From Mesoplasma florum L1 (lineage in GTDB: Bacteria; Bacillota_I; Bacilli_A; Mycoplasmatales; Mycoplasmataceae): 32,000 nt of DNA. Under the pieces are notes generated by a model. It was not told the origin of the DNA and searched no databases. It worked only from the letters and a program-made list of their open reading frames with translations. The stretch lies in the NCBI RefSeq assembly GCF_000008305.1, contig NC_006055.1:480001-512000 (forward strand), given 5' to 3'. This document shows, piece by piece, positions 1 through 12,947 of the stretch (the first letter of the stretch is position 1; every line of letters begins with the position of its first letter). The position numbers were made by a program, and so were the translations under genes.

Positions 1-452
1 TCAAAAAATTTTAATTCATCAAGATTTGCTGTTGATTTTTTTTCACTTCTTTTATCATTAGCAATGATATTTTTCATGTCAAAATATTCTCTAACTTTCT
101 CACCAAATGCATTACCATCTTCAATAGTTTCTCCAGCAAATAATTCAGGGTCAAAACCAGTTTCAGAATCTCATGCAGAGTTTCATTTTTTAAGAAACTC
201 TTCTTTCTCATTTTCATTAAGTGATTCAATGTTTAAATATGCAGAAAATATATCAATTGATTCTGCTGAATCAGAAAATTCATTTTCATCATCAAAATTA
301 GCATCAGCATCAATCTCAAGTATTCTGTCTTTTTTTCAATTAACAGCACTTGCAAAATTTTCTTTGTTATCTCATATTCATGCTTTTTTAACGCATTCTT
401 TCATGGATAATTTAAATGTTTCTTTATTAACTTTAGCTTTTAATTTAAACAT
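1..452 (-). CDS. hypothetical acidic protein, 5' part only (3' end runs off the window)
   Basis: ATG at 452-450 lies 8 nt downstream of AAGGAG. The frame is open to position 1 with five in-frame TGA read as Trp. It translates MFKLKAKVNKETFKLSMKECVKKAWIWDNKENF... with D/E-rich stretches. I recognise no family. Confidence 0.6.
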
Positions 453-512
453 GCTTAATCTCCTTATAAAACTTTTTATTATTAATATTTTATCAACTTT
501 AAATGTGTTATT

Positions 513-550
513 AAAAAATAACTTGCATTTATAAACATAATTGCAAGTTA
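513..550 (-). terminator. rho-independent terminator after the 560..1177 gene
   Basis: 9-bp stem TAACTTGCA (519-527) pairs with TGCAAGTTA (542-550). It is followed on the minus strand by a T6 run (plus-strand A run 513-518). Confidence 0.5.
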
Positions 551-559
551 TTGATAATA

Positions 560-1177
560 TTAGTTTTTTTCTCTACTTCTAACAGGAACAAATTTTTCTT
601 TATTTTCAGTTGTTCTTTGGATAACTGGATTTTTTTTGTTTTCTTTAGCTTCAGCTCTGATTTTTTTAATTTCAGCTTTTTCAATTTGAGCTAATTCTTT
701 TTCTTTTATACGATCAGATTTTTTAATTGCTTTTCTTTCTTCTTTAGTCAATTTAATTTCTTTTTGACCAATTGCAATTCTTTGTTCTGTTTCGTTTAAA
801 TCTAAAATTGTATTAACAACTCATTTTGTTGCATAGTTTTTTTTATCAATTTTAGTTGTTATACCTTCAACTTCATAAGCTCTTCTTTCGATTGACTTTT
901 GAGTTTTAGGTTCAATTAATTCAACAACAACATCAAATACGTCACGATATTTATATTCAGGGCCTTTTCTTGAATAAACCTTTTCAAATTCAACTCTAAT
1001 GTTTTTTCTGTTATCTGATTTAGCTAAAAATGCTTTAATTTCATTTCTAACTGCTTTATACCTTTGTTCTTTTTCTTTTTTAGCAGCTTTTTTACCAGTA
1101 ATTGTTGTAATAATTACAAAACCTACAACAACAACAAGCATAACTAAAAGAATTATTAATCCTGCACTATTACCCAT
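560..1177 (-). CDS. membrane-anchored lysine-rich hypothetical protein (about 205 aa)
   Basis: Track ORFs 821..1177 and 560..751 share a frame. They are joined through one TGA (821-823) with no TAA/TAG in between, checked codon by codon. The N-terminal TM is GLIILLVMLVVVVGFVIITTI, followed by K/E-rich sequence. Confidence 0.75.
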
Positions 1178-1234
1178 AAAAATATCATTCCTTCTTTTTA
1201 ATTTCTTTATTATTATAAATTATTTTTTCTAAAA

Positions 1235-2368
<1,134 letters not shown>

Positions 2369-2373
2369 TTAAA

Positions 2374-2399
2374 CAAAAAAATTACTCAAATGAGTAATT
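2374..2399 (-). terminator. rho-independent terminator after the permease gene
   Basis: AATTACTCA (2380-2388) pairs with TGAGTAATT (2391-2399). A T-run follows on the minus strand (plus-strand A run 2375-2380), just upstream of the mnmA RBS. Confidence 0.5.
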
Positions 2400-2429
2400 T
2401 AATTTTAACATATTTTAATTTATTTCAAA

Positions 2430-3959
2430 TTATATTTGTATGAATGCAAAAGCAATGAAGTAAATAATAAATAAGAATGACAAGCAGTAAACTGCTGGAT
2501 GAACTTTTTTAGCTTTCGCTGTTATCATCATCATGAATGAATATCCTATAAATGCCATCGCAACACCATTTGCAATTTCATAAGTTGCAATCATAAATAA
2601 AATTGATAAGAATGTAGGAACTAAAAATTCAGGTTTATCTCATTCAACATGAGCAGCTTCTTTAATCATCATAATTCCAATATATACACAAGCAGCACTT
2701 GTAATAGGTTGAGGAATTAATTTAAAGATTGGGAACATTATAATTGCCAATAAAAATAGAATTCCATTAACAACTGCTGCTAATCCTGTTTTAGCACCTT
2801 GTTCTATACCTGCTGCTGATTCAGCAAAAACTCCTAAAGGTGTTGTTCCAGTTACTGAAGCCATCATTGTTCCCATTGAATCAATAACTAAAGCTTTTTG
2901 ACTTATTTCTTTATGTTGATTTGTTTTTTGATCTAATTGATGTGTAAATGCAGCCATTGTTCCTGTTGCATCAAAGAAATTAATTAACATAACAACAAAT
3001 ATTGAAATATATGTTACTGGTGAAGTTCAAATTTTAGCATTACCGAATGCCTTAAATGTAGAAGTTCAATTTCATGCAAAACCATCAAAATCATAATTTC
3101 ATCCTTCTCATTTTCTTAAGTCAGCTGAACCTAATAATGAAATAGCTTTTGAATCACTAGGAAGTGTAGATGCTAATATAATTGCAATAACTGACATTGA
3201 TAAAATAGCAATTGCTACTGCTCCTGGTATTTTTTTAAATGCTAAAAATAAAATTAATAATAAAGTTATTGAACCTAATATTATTGGTAAGTAATTATCT
3301 TTTAATGTAGCTACTGAAGCCATTGGTATTCCATTTTCTTGAGCTAATCATCCCATGCTTGAAATACCTACATAAGCTATAAATAAACCAATACCAATAC
3401 CAATAGCTAATACGATTCCTTTTGGAATTGATTTAATAATGAATGATCTTAAAGGCGTAAGTGAAACTGTTACAAACACTACAGATGATAACATTGTAAC
3501 AATCATTGCACCTTCAAAGCCTAAACCACCACTAATTCCAATGTTTACACTAACCAATGCATTCATTCCCATTGATGTTGACATTGCTACAGGTATATTA
3601 GCAAATAAACCCATAATTATACAACATATACCAGAAACCAATGCTGTTGCAAAAAATATACCAAAGTAATTCATATTTCCAGCACCAGTATTAATTGAAG
3701 GTGTTCCTGAAACTAATCCAGGGTTTACTGTAAGTATGTACATCAATGATAAAAATGTTGTAATACCACCAATGATTTCTTTCTTCATAATTGCACCTAA
3801 AGTATCAAACTTAAAGTACTTTTCAATTGATCGGATAGCTTTATTGTTGCTGAAGACAAAAGCTTCCTTATTTCTCTGAGCCGTTTGCTCAGGTGTTTCA
3901 TTTATAAATAATTCAGACTCATTCTCAACTTGAGTCTGTTTTAGACTTTTATTATCCAT
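2430..3959 (-). CDS. NCS2/AzgA-family purine (adenine/guanine/hypoxanthine) permease
   Basis: Three track ORFs (2640.., 3108.., 3348..) share one frame and join via TGA. The stop TAA is at 2430-2432. The motif ...EKYFKFDTLGAIMKKEIIGGITTFLSLMYILTVNPGLVS is typical of AzgA/PbuG-type permeases, and the protein is multi-TM. Confidence 0.88.
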
Positions 3960-4003
3960 TTTGCCTATTCTTTCTATGTATAAAATTCAATGAAGAACTC
4001 AGC

Positions 4004-4053
4004 AAAAAATAAAAAAAGTTTTCGTCTACGTAAAAAATACGCATAGCGAAAAC
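4004..4053 (-). terminator. riboswitch expression-platform terminator
   Basis: On the minus strand, GUUUUCG...CGAAAAC forms the outer stem and CGUA-loop-UACG the inner stem. The hairpin (4018-4053) is followed by UUUUUUUAUUUUUU. It sits between the aptamer and the permease start. Confidence 0.7.
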
Positions 4054-4056
4054 CAT

Positions 4057-4124
4057 AAAACTCATAATCTAACATTGGTGTTAGGTAGAGACTCCTTCCC
4101 GATATGAAGGATTATACAAGTTTT
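4057..4124 (-). promoter_or_regulatory. purine riboswitch aptamer, adenine-type discriminator (U at the xpt C74-equivalent position)
   Basis: Minus-strand RNA: AAAACUUGUAUAAUCCUUCAUAUCGGGAAGGAGUCUCUACCUAACACCAAUGUUAGAUUAUGAGUUUU. P1 is CUUGUA/UAUGAG extended by A4/U4. J1/2 is UAUAAU. P2 is CCUUC/GAAGG with L2 AUAUCGG. J2/3 is AGUCUCUACC. P3 is CUAACA/UGUUAG. J3/1 is A-U where guanine riboswitches have A-C. Confidence 0.8.
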
Positions 4125-4146
4125 CATATTAATTTTATACTTAACG

Positions 4147-4175
4147 ATTTTATATAAAAAATAGTCAATATTCAA
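4147..4175 (-). promoter_or_regulatory. putative sigma-70-like promoter for the riboswitch-permease transcript
   Basis: On the minus strand: TTGAAT (4175-4170), 17 nt spacer, TAAAAT (4152-4147). This is about 25 nt upstream of the aptamer. Confidence 0.35.
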
Positions 4176-4210
4176 ATAAAAAAAACTAACTTTTATTTTA
4201 AGTTAGTTTT
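4176..4210 (-). terminator. rho-independent terminator after dnaJ
   Basis: 11-bp stem AAAACTAACTT (4182-4192) pairs with AAGTTAGTTTT (4200-4210). It overlaps the dnaJ stop codon and is followed by a T-run on the minus strand. Confidence 0.65.
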
Positions 4211-5333
4211 AATCAATAATATTTTTAGGCTCAAAATTAGAAAGTTGTTCTAACTCTTTAAGTATTTTTTTCTCTTCTTTAGAAACTGATGTTGGAATAG
4301 AAATACTTATTTTAATTAATAAATCTCCACGCTTATCAGAAGTTTGATTTTTGTATAATCCTTTATCATGTACTTTTATTAGTTGACCAGAATAAACACC
4401 TTTTGGTATTTTTAATCTTACAGGTCCATCTAATGTTTTAATGATAACTTCATTTCCTAAAATAGCATCAAGGTATGAAATATTATAATTCATTATTAAA
4501 TCATTTGAATTTGGAATCAATTCAAATACATCGCTTTTCACAATACCTATAGTTATGTAAAGATCACCTGGAATTCCACCTTCTAGTGATGCATGTCCTT
4601 TTCCTCGCATAACAAATTGTTGACCAGGTCATAAACCTTTTGGAAGAGGTATTTCAACTTCTTCTCTTTTAGATTCAACACCTTTACCATGACAATTTTT
4701 ACATTTGCTTTTAAATTCTTTTCCAACTCCATTACATTTATCACAAGTAACTTGGTTTTGAACTTGGAAAGGTCCCATTTGTTTATTAACAATAATTTGT
4801 CCAGCACCATTACATTTTGTACAAATATGAACATCAGAAGGGTTTTCAGCACCTACACCATCACATTTTGTACAAGTTTTAACTAAATTTAAAATTGTTT
4901 TTTTATTTACTCCAAAAACTAATTCTTTAAAAGTTAGTGTTGCTTCTAATCCAATGTCTTGACCTTTTGAAGGTCCTCTTCTAGAAGAACGCCCGCTTCT
5001 TCCCCCACCGAATAAATCAGAGAATATGTCACCAAAGTCCATTCCTCCACCCATGTTTGAGAAGAAATCTTCAAATCCACCAAAGCCTGATCCACCAAAA
5101 CCTGAACTACCATCAAAAGCTGCATGACCAAATTGATCATATTTAGCTTTTTTATCAGCGTCAAGTAAAACGCTTGCAGCTTCATTAACTTCTTTAAATT
5201 TTTCTTCAGCACCGCTCTCTTTATTCATATCGGGGTGATACTTTTTAGCAAGTTTTCTGTATGCGCTTTTTATTTCTTGTTCTGTTGAAGTTTTAGAAAC
5301 ACCTAAAACTTCATAATAATCTCTTTTTGCCAT
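4209..5333 (-). CDS. dnaJ: chaperone DnaJ
   Basis: [12 protein letters not shown]...KKYHPD J-domain, a G/F-rich region, and four CxxCxGxG zinc-finger repeats. ORFs 4209..4610 and 4629..5366 are in frame across one TGA (...KGLWPGQQF...). The true ATG is at 5333. Confidence 0.95.
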
Positions 5334-5348
5334 GTTCTTTTCCTTTTT

Positions 5349-5377
5349 AAAAAATAAAACTAACAATTGTTAGTTTT
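5349..5377 (-). terminator. hairpin/attenuator between dnaK and dnaJ
   Basis: Perfect 22-nt palindrome AAAACTAACAATTGTTAGTTTT (5356-5377). A T-rich tract follows on the minus strand. Confidence 0.45.
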
Positions 5378-5387
5378 TAAATTTGGT

Positions 5388-7169
<1,782 letters not shown>

Positions 7170-7187
7170 TTATTTCTCCTCTTAATA

Positions 7188-7751
7188 CTATTTTGCTACT
7201 TTTACAATTGCGTGAATTAATACTCTATCATGAATCATATATCCATCTGATATTACAGATACTATTTTATTTGATTCCATTCCACTGTTTTCCAGTGATT
7301 CATTTGCTTCATGAAAGCTTGAATCAAATTCATCCCCCGCTTTTACACCCATTGCTTTTATTCCGTTAGTTTCAAATGCATTTTCAATTTGACTAATGAT
7401 CATTTTAAATCCCATCAAATAATTTTGTAACTCTGGAATATCTGTAGGTGTCTCAACCACTTTTTTTAGTAAGTCAATTGGTTTTATTAAGTCCTCAGCT
7501 AAATTGCTTGAACCATATTTTCTAACTAAAGCTTCTTGTTCATTTCTTTTTTTTGTAAGATTTGCAATATCAGCATTTCTTAAACTTTTTTGAAATTCAA
7601 TTTCTTTTTGACAACTCTCAATTTGCTTTTCAAGATCTTGAATTATTTTTTTATAATCTTTTTTCTCTTTTTTGATTTCTTCAGTTGCAACTTTTTTCTC
7701 TTTATTCTCAACTGAAGTTTCTTCTTTTTTTAATTCTTTTTCGTTATTCAT
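7188..7751 (-). CDS. grpE: nucleotide exchange factor GrpE
   Basis: K/E-rich N-terminus and a C-terminal GrpE core (...SVISDGYMIHDRVLIHAIVKVAK). It sits between hrcA and dnaK. I chose the start at ATG 7751 (MNNEKELKK) with GGAG upstream; the upstream ATG at 7769 remains possible. Confidence 0.9.
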   Translation of the reverse strand: MNNEKELKKEETSVENKEKKVATEEIKKEKKDYKKIIQDLEKQIESCQKEIEFQKSLRNADIANLTKKRNEQEALVRKYGSSNLAEDLIKPIDLLKKVVETPTDIPELQNYLMGFKMIISQIENAFETNGIKAMGVKAGDEFDSSFHEANESLENSGMESNKIVSVISDGYMIHDRVLIHAIVKVAK

Positions 7752-8772
7752 TTTTATGATCATCTCCATTTATTATTTCTACTATCAAGTTAATTAATTG
7801 ATTAGCTTGAGAATAATCAACTCTTTTAGGCCCAACCAAAGTTAACATTGTTGAACCCTGTTCTGTTTTAATTGCGGTTTCAACAATTGAAATATCACTT
7901 AAATCTTCTGAAATTTCTTCACCTATTTTTGTGCTTATTTGAATCATTTTTTGATTTGAACTATAACTTACATCAAATCAATCAAATGGTGACATGTTTT
8001 CCATAATGTTAATAACTTTTCTAAGTTTATCTGTATCATTAAATTCTGGATTTTCTAACATGTTTTTCATTCCAACAATTTCTTTTTTAGATTCTTTTGT
8101 TTGTAAAATGTTTGACATAAAAGTTTCTAAAATTAAATCATAGTTTTTAACAGTTGTTTCTAAGTTAGGTCTGATAAGTGATATGTTATTTTCAATTTCT
8201 TTAACCGGAGTATCAACTAAACAATCTGAAAATATTTTTATTGATATTGATAAGTCTGATAAAGAAATATCTTTTAAATTGAATAATTGATTTTGCATTT
8301 CTCCATTTGAAAGAATAAAAATAACTGATGCCATAGTTTCTGATAATGGAATTAGGTCTATTTTTTTGACCATTAGTTCACTATTTAAATTTTGCTTTGT
8401 CACAATTGCTGTCATTTTAGTCATTTCACTAATTATTTGACTTGCTTGTTCTAAAACATTTTCAATTTTTGTTCCGCGTTGAAATAAAATTGATTTTAAG
8501 TTTTCTTTTAAACTTTCATTATAATCATCAAATTCCATTAAGTGATCAACATAATATCTGTATCCCTTTGTTGAAGGAACTCTCCCAGATGATGTGTGTT
8601 GCTTCTCTAAAAAATTCATTTCTTCAAGTGCTGCTGAATCATTTCTGATAGTTGCACTTGAAACTTTTATGTTAAGTAATTCTTGAATTCTTTTAGAACT
8701 AACAGCTTGGTTAGTCTTAATATATTCTGAAACAATTACTTTTAAAATTTTAGCTTGTCTTTCGCTTAACAT
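7744..8772 (-). CDS. hrcA: heat-inducible transcription repressor HrcA
   Basis: MLSERQAKILKVIVSEYIKTNQAVSSKRIQELL... winged-helix N-terminus. ORFs 7744..7947 and 7978..8772 share a frame. The gene overlaps the grpE start by 8 nt. Confidence 0.93.
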
Positions 8773-8791
8773 TTGATCACCTATTTTTATT

Positions 8792-8818
8792 TTAGCACTC
8801 TATACATTAGATTGCTAC
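8792..8818 (-). promoter_or_regulatory. CIRCE operator upstream of hrcA
   Basis: TTAGCACTC-N9-GATTGCTAC. One arm is perfect and the other matches 7/9 against the consensus TTAGCACTC-N9-GAGTGCTAA. It lies 20 nt upstream of the hrcA ATG. Confidence 0.8.
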
Positions 8819-8826
8819 TTTTTTTC

Positions 8827-10962
8827 TTAATTTCTAATTTTTGTTAATTCAAAGTCATCATTTTCAACTGTTATTGTATATCTAATGTTTTCTTCTATTT
8901 CACCAGAAATTATTTTTTGAGCTAATAATGTTTCAATATTTTTTTCAATATATCTTTTTATTGGTCTTGCTCCGAATTGAGAGTCATATCCTTCATCAAT
9001 TATTTTATTTTTTGCTTTCATATCAAATGTTAAAAAGAAATTTTTATCATTTTCTAATCTTGCTGATAAAGTATTTAGTTCTTTTGTTACTATTTCAGAA
9101 ACATTTTCTTTTGACAATGGATTAAATACAACAACATTATCAATTCTATTTAAAAATTCAGGTCTAAAATGTTTTAGCAATTCTGCTTGAATAGCTATTT
9201 TACTTTCTTCAGATGTTGAACCATTTTTTAAAATATATTCACTACCTAGATTTGAAGTTAATATGATAATTGTGTTTTTGAAGTCTACTGTTTTACCTAG
9301 TGAGTCTGTAATTCTTCCTTCATCCAAAACTTGCAATAAAATGTTAAATACATCAGGGTGCGCTTTTTCAATTTCATCAAATAGAACAATTGAGTACGGA
9401 TTTCTTCTAACAGCTTCAGTTAATCTTCCACCTTCTTCATACCCAACATAACCTGGAGGAGAACCAATTAATTTAGATACACTATGTTTTTCCATGTATT
9501 CACTCATATCTATTCTTACCATTTTTTTATTTGAGTTAAATAATATATCAGCTAAACTTCTTGCAACTTCAGTCTTACCAACACCTGTTGGACCTAAGAA
9601 TAAGAATGAACCAATTGGTTTATTGGGATCTTTAATACCACTTCTGCTTCTCAAGATAGCCTGAGAAACAGCTTCGATTGCTTGATTTTGTCCTTTTACT
9701 CTTTCTTCTAAAGTTTTTTCTAACTCAAGTAATTTTGTTTTTTCAGACTCAACTAGTCTATCAACTGGAATACCTGTTCATTTAGCAACAATTTCAGCAA
9801 CATCTTTTTCAGTAACTTCTTCACTAACTAATGTTTCACGAGTATCTTTTTCAGCTTCACTTAATTGTTTTTCTAAACTTGGTAATAATGAATATTGTAT
9901 TTCTCCAGCACGTTTATAATTACCTTCATTCTGTGAAATTTCTAATTCATTTTTTAAGTTTTCAATAGTTGTTTTGAAACTATTTATTTTTTCTAATTGA
10001 GATTTTTGTTTATTTCATTCGCTTGCTAATTTATCTTGTTCAATTTTTGTTTTTTCAAGTTCTTTAACAGCTTCAGCTAAACGTTCTTTTGATTTATCGT
10101 CTTTTTCTTTTGAAAGTGCACTTTTTTCAATTTCAAGTTGCATAACTTTACGATTAACTTGATCTAGTTCAGTAGGTACACTTGCTAATTCAGTTTTAAT
10201 TGTAGAAGATGCTTCATCAATTAAATCAATTGCTTTATCTGGTAAGAATCTATCAGCTATATATCTATTTGATAAATTTGCAGCACTTACAATTGCATTA
10301 TCATGAATTCTAACTCCATGATAAGTTTCAAATCTTTCTTTTAATCCTCTAAGAATAGAAATAGTTTGATCAACAGTTGGTTCTTCTACCATTACTCTTT
10401 GAAATCTTCTTTCTAATGCAGAATCTTTTTCAATGTATTCTCTATATTCTTTTAAAGTTGTAGCTCCAATAGCTTTTAACTCTCCTCTTGCAAGAGCTGG
10501 TTTTAGAAGGTTTGAAACATCCATTCCTCCACCATTACCTGTTTTACCAGCACCAACTATTAAATGAAGTTCGTCAATGAATAAAATTATTTCACCTTCT
10601 GATTTTTTGATTTCATTAACAATTGCTTTTACCCTAGACTCATAGTCCCCAAGATACATAGCACCAGCCATTAAGCTTCCCATATCTAATTCTAAAATTC
10701 TTTTTCCTTTTAAAATTGAAGGCACATCACCTTTAACTATTCTTTGAGCTAATCCTTCAACTACTGCAGTTTTACCAACTCCGGGTTCTCCAATTAAAAC
10801 AGGATTGTTTTTTGTTTTTCTTGAAAGAATTCTAATAACTCTCAATATTTCTTCTTCTCTACCAATAATAGGATCAATTTTTCCATCCTTAGCACTTTGA
10901 GTTAAATCACGTGTGTACTTTTCTAATGCGTTAATTTCTTCACCTTTTTGTTGAAATTCCAT
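8827..10962 (-). CDS. clpB: ATP-dependent chaperone ClpB lacking the N-terminal domain (about 711 aa)
   Basis: Starts [65 protein letters not shown], directly at the NBD1 linker. A second AAA module follows ([13 protein letters not shown]..., [11 protein letters not shown]). AGGAGG sits 8 nt upstream of ATG 10962. The fragments are in frame. Confidence 0.93.
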
Positions 10963-11008
10963 AATAAATTTCCTCCTTGATAAAAACCTTTTTCCTAGGT
11001 TTGTAATT

Positions 11009-11037
11009 ATATTAATACATAATTTTAGCAAAGTCAA
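11009..11037 (-). promoter_or_regulatory. putative clpB promoter overlapped by CIRCE
   Basis: On the minus strand: TTGACT (11037-11032), 17 nt spacer, TAATAT (11014-11009). The -35 box lies inside the CIRCE spacer. Confidence 0.5.
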
Positions 11038-11051
11038 TAATAGAGTGCTAA
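11025..11051 (-). promoter_or_regulatory. CIRCE operator upstream of clpB
   Basis: Plus strand reads TTAGCAAAG-N9-GAGTGCTAA. One arm is perfect and the other matches 6/9. It lies between the thyA stop (11075) and the clpB start. Confidence 0.75.
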
Positions 11052-11074
11052 TTCTTAAAATAAAGAAAAAGTTA

Positions 11075-11941
11075 CTAAACTGCAACTTCTCCTGTTATTT
11101 TAGCATGACTTTCATAACCTTCAATTTCAATGTCCTCAAATGCAATATCAAAAATTGATTTTTCAGAATTAATCTTAATTTTGCATAGTGGCAATGGTTT
11201 TCTTTTTAATTGCTCATTAATTTGTTCTAGATGGTTTAAATAAATATGAGCATCCCCAATTGTATGAACAAAGTATCTTGCTTTTAAGTTACATTCTTTT
11301 GCGATTAATTCCATTAGTAACGCATACGATGCTATATTAAATGGCACTCCTAAAAACACATCACCACTTCTTTGGTATAGTTGTAAATCTAATCAACCGT
11401 CTTTTGAAACATAAACTTGTCAAAAAGAATGACATGGTGGTAACAACATGTTATCAACTTCAGCTGGATTTCATGCTGAAACAATATGTCTTCTTGAAAA
11501 TGGATTTTTCTTAATATCATTAATTAGTTTTGCAAATTGATCAATTCCACCAAAGTCTCTTCATTGTTTTCCATAAACAGGTCCTAAATCTCCTCATTTA
11601 TTACAGAACTCATTATCATTCTTTAATCTTTCAACAAACTCTTGTAAAGTCTCATTATTGAACTCAGATGATTTTTTAAAATTTTCATATGGTCATTCAT
11701 TTCAAATTTTTACATTATTCTCAACCAAGTATTTAATATTGGTATCACCTTTTATAAACCATAACATCTCATGAAAGATTGCTTTATAAAAAACTTTTTT
11801 AGTTGTTAGTAATGGAAAACCTTCACGTAAATCATATCTTTTTTGTACACCAAACTTAGATATTGTTCCTGTGTTTGTACGATCTTCTCTTTTTTCTCCA
11901 TCTTTTAAAATTTCATTAACTAATTCTAAATATTGTTTCAT
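11075..11941 (-). CDS. thyA: thymidylate synthase ThyA
   Basis: [12 protein letters not shown]..., ...[12 protein letters not shown]..., ...[24 protein letters not shown]..., ...[16 protein letters not shown]... The conserved Trp positions are encoded by TGA. AAGGAG sits upstream of ATG 11941. Confidence 0.95.
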
Positions 11942-11999
11942 ATACAATCTCCTTATTTCAATGTAAAGATTATAATTCTAAAATTATTAATTTTCTTTT

Positions 12000-12947
12000 C
12001 TAAATATGTTGATTTTTATTTTTTTCTAAATATATTTTTCCTTTGTTAGTTAATTGTCTACCACGGCCTGTTTTTATAATTAATCTTTCTTTTAAAAAGA
12101 TTGGCTCCATATTATTTAAAATTGTTTGATTAGGTACATTTATAATTTGCGCTAAGCTATCTAATGACAATGTATTATTTTCTAATAGTGTAAATAAGTA
12201 GTCTAAATCTTTTTCATTTAAACCATATTCATAAAGACCCATTTGTTTAAAAACTCATATTAAATTTTTTTCTGATAAATCTTTTATTTTTTCTGTTATC
12301 AAAAAATCATAAATTCTTTTTACTAAATTTATAGCAACTCTTGGAACTAATCGAGAAAATTTAGCAATAATCTTTGCTTGTTCAATTTCTATTTTGTATT
12401 GCAATTTATTAAATGTATTAATTATAATTTTTGTTAAATCATCATGATTGTAACCCTCTAATTCGAATTGTATTGGAAATCTATTCAAAAAAGGAAATGG
12501 TAATTTATTTATTTCTGTTGTTGCAGTTATGATAGTAAAGTTTGGTAACTTTATATTAACTATTTTAGAATTATATTCTTTTCCAATAATAATACTAAGT
12601 TTATTTTCTTCTAAAACCGGATATAACACTTCCATGATATCTTTGCTAACTGAATGAACTTCATCAATAAAAAGAATTTGATTTTCTTTTATACTTGTTA
12701 GAACTGAAATCAAATCACTTGGTCTTTGTAAACTAGGCCCATTAACAATATGAATTTTAGTTTTTAATATTTTGCTTAATAAATAAGCTAAGCTTGTTTT
12801 ACCCATTCCACTTGGTCCTGAGAAAATTATTGGATCTAAAACTTTATTTTGTTTGATTGATGATTCTATACATATTTTTAAATTCTTAATGACCTTTTCT
12901 TGTCCTATGTATTCACTCCACTTACTAGGTCTAAAATCATTACTCAT
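12000..12947 (-). CDS. ruvB: Holliday junction helicase RuvB
   Basis: ...FRPSKWSEYIGQEKV...FSGPSGMGKTSLA...LFIDEVH... AAA+ motifs. The C-terminal winged helix is in ORF 12000..12242, in the same frame. Confidence 0.93.

Noticed and set aside
64-534. 156-aa plus-strand ORF, together with the other plus-strand track ORFs (999..1232, 3439..3669, 4689..4886, 5653..5841, 8442..8648, 8928..9125, 9263..9451, 22325..22609, 24927..25211, 29504..29737, 29864..30373)
   Set aside because: All are antisense to well-supported minus-strand genes. They have low-complexity F/L/I/S-rich translations typical of the reverse frame of AT-rich coding DNA, and they lack RBS signals.
4583-5212. Minus-strand ORFs 4583..4852 and 4946..5212, in alternative frames inside dnaJ
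   Set aside because: They are out of frame with the conserved DnaJ reading frame and their translations have no recognisable domains. They are overlap artefacts.
10963-11085. N-terminal extension of the clpB track ORF ([13 protein letters not shown]...)
   Set aside because: It runs through the CIRCE operator and putative promoter and overlaps the thyA 3' end. The conserved ClpB sequence starts at ATG 10962, which has a perfect AGGAGG RBS.
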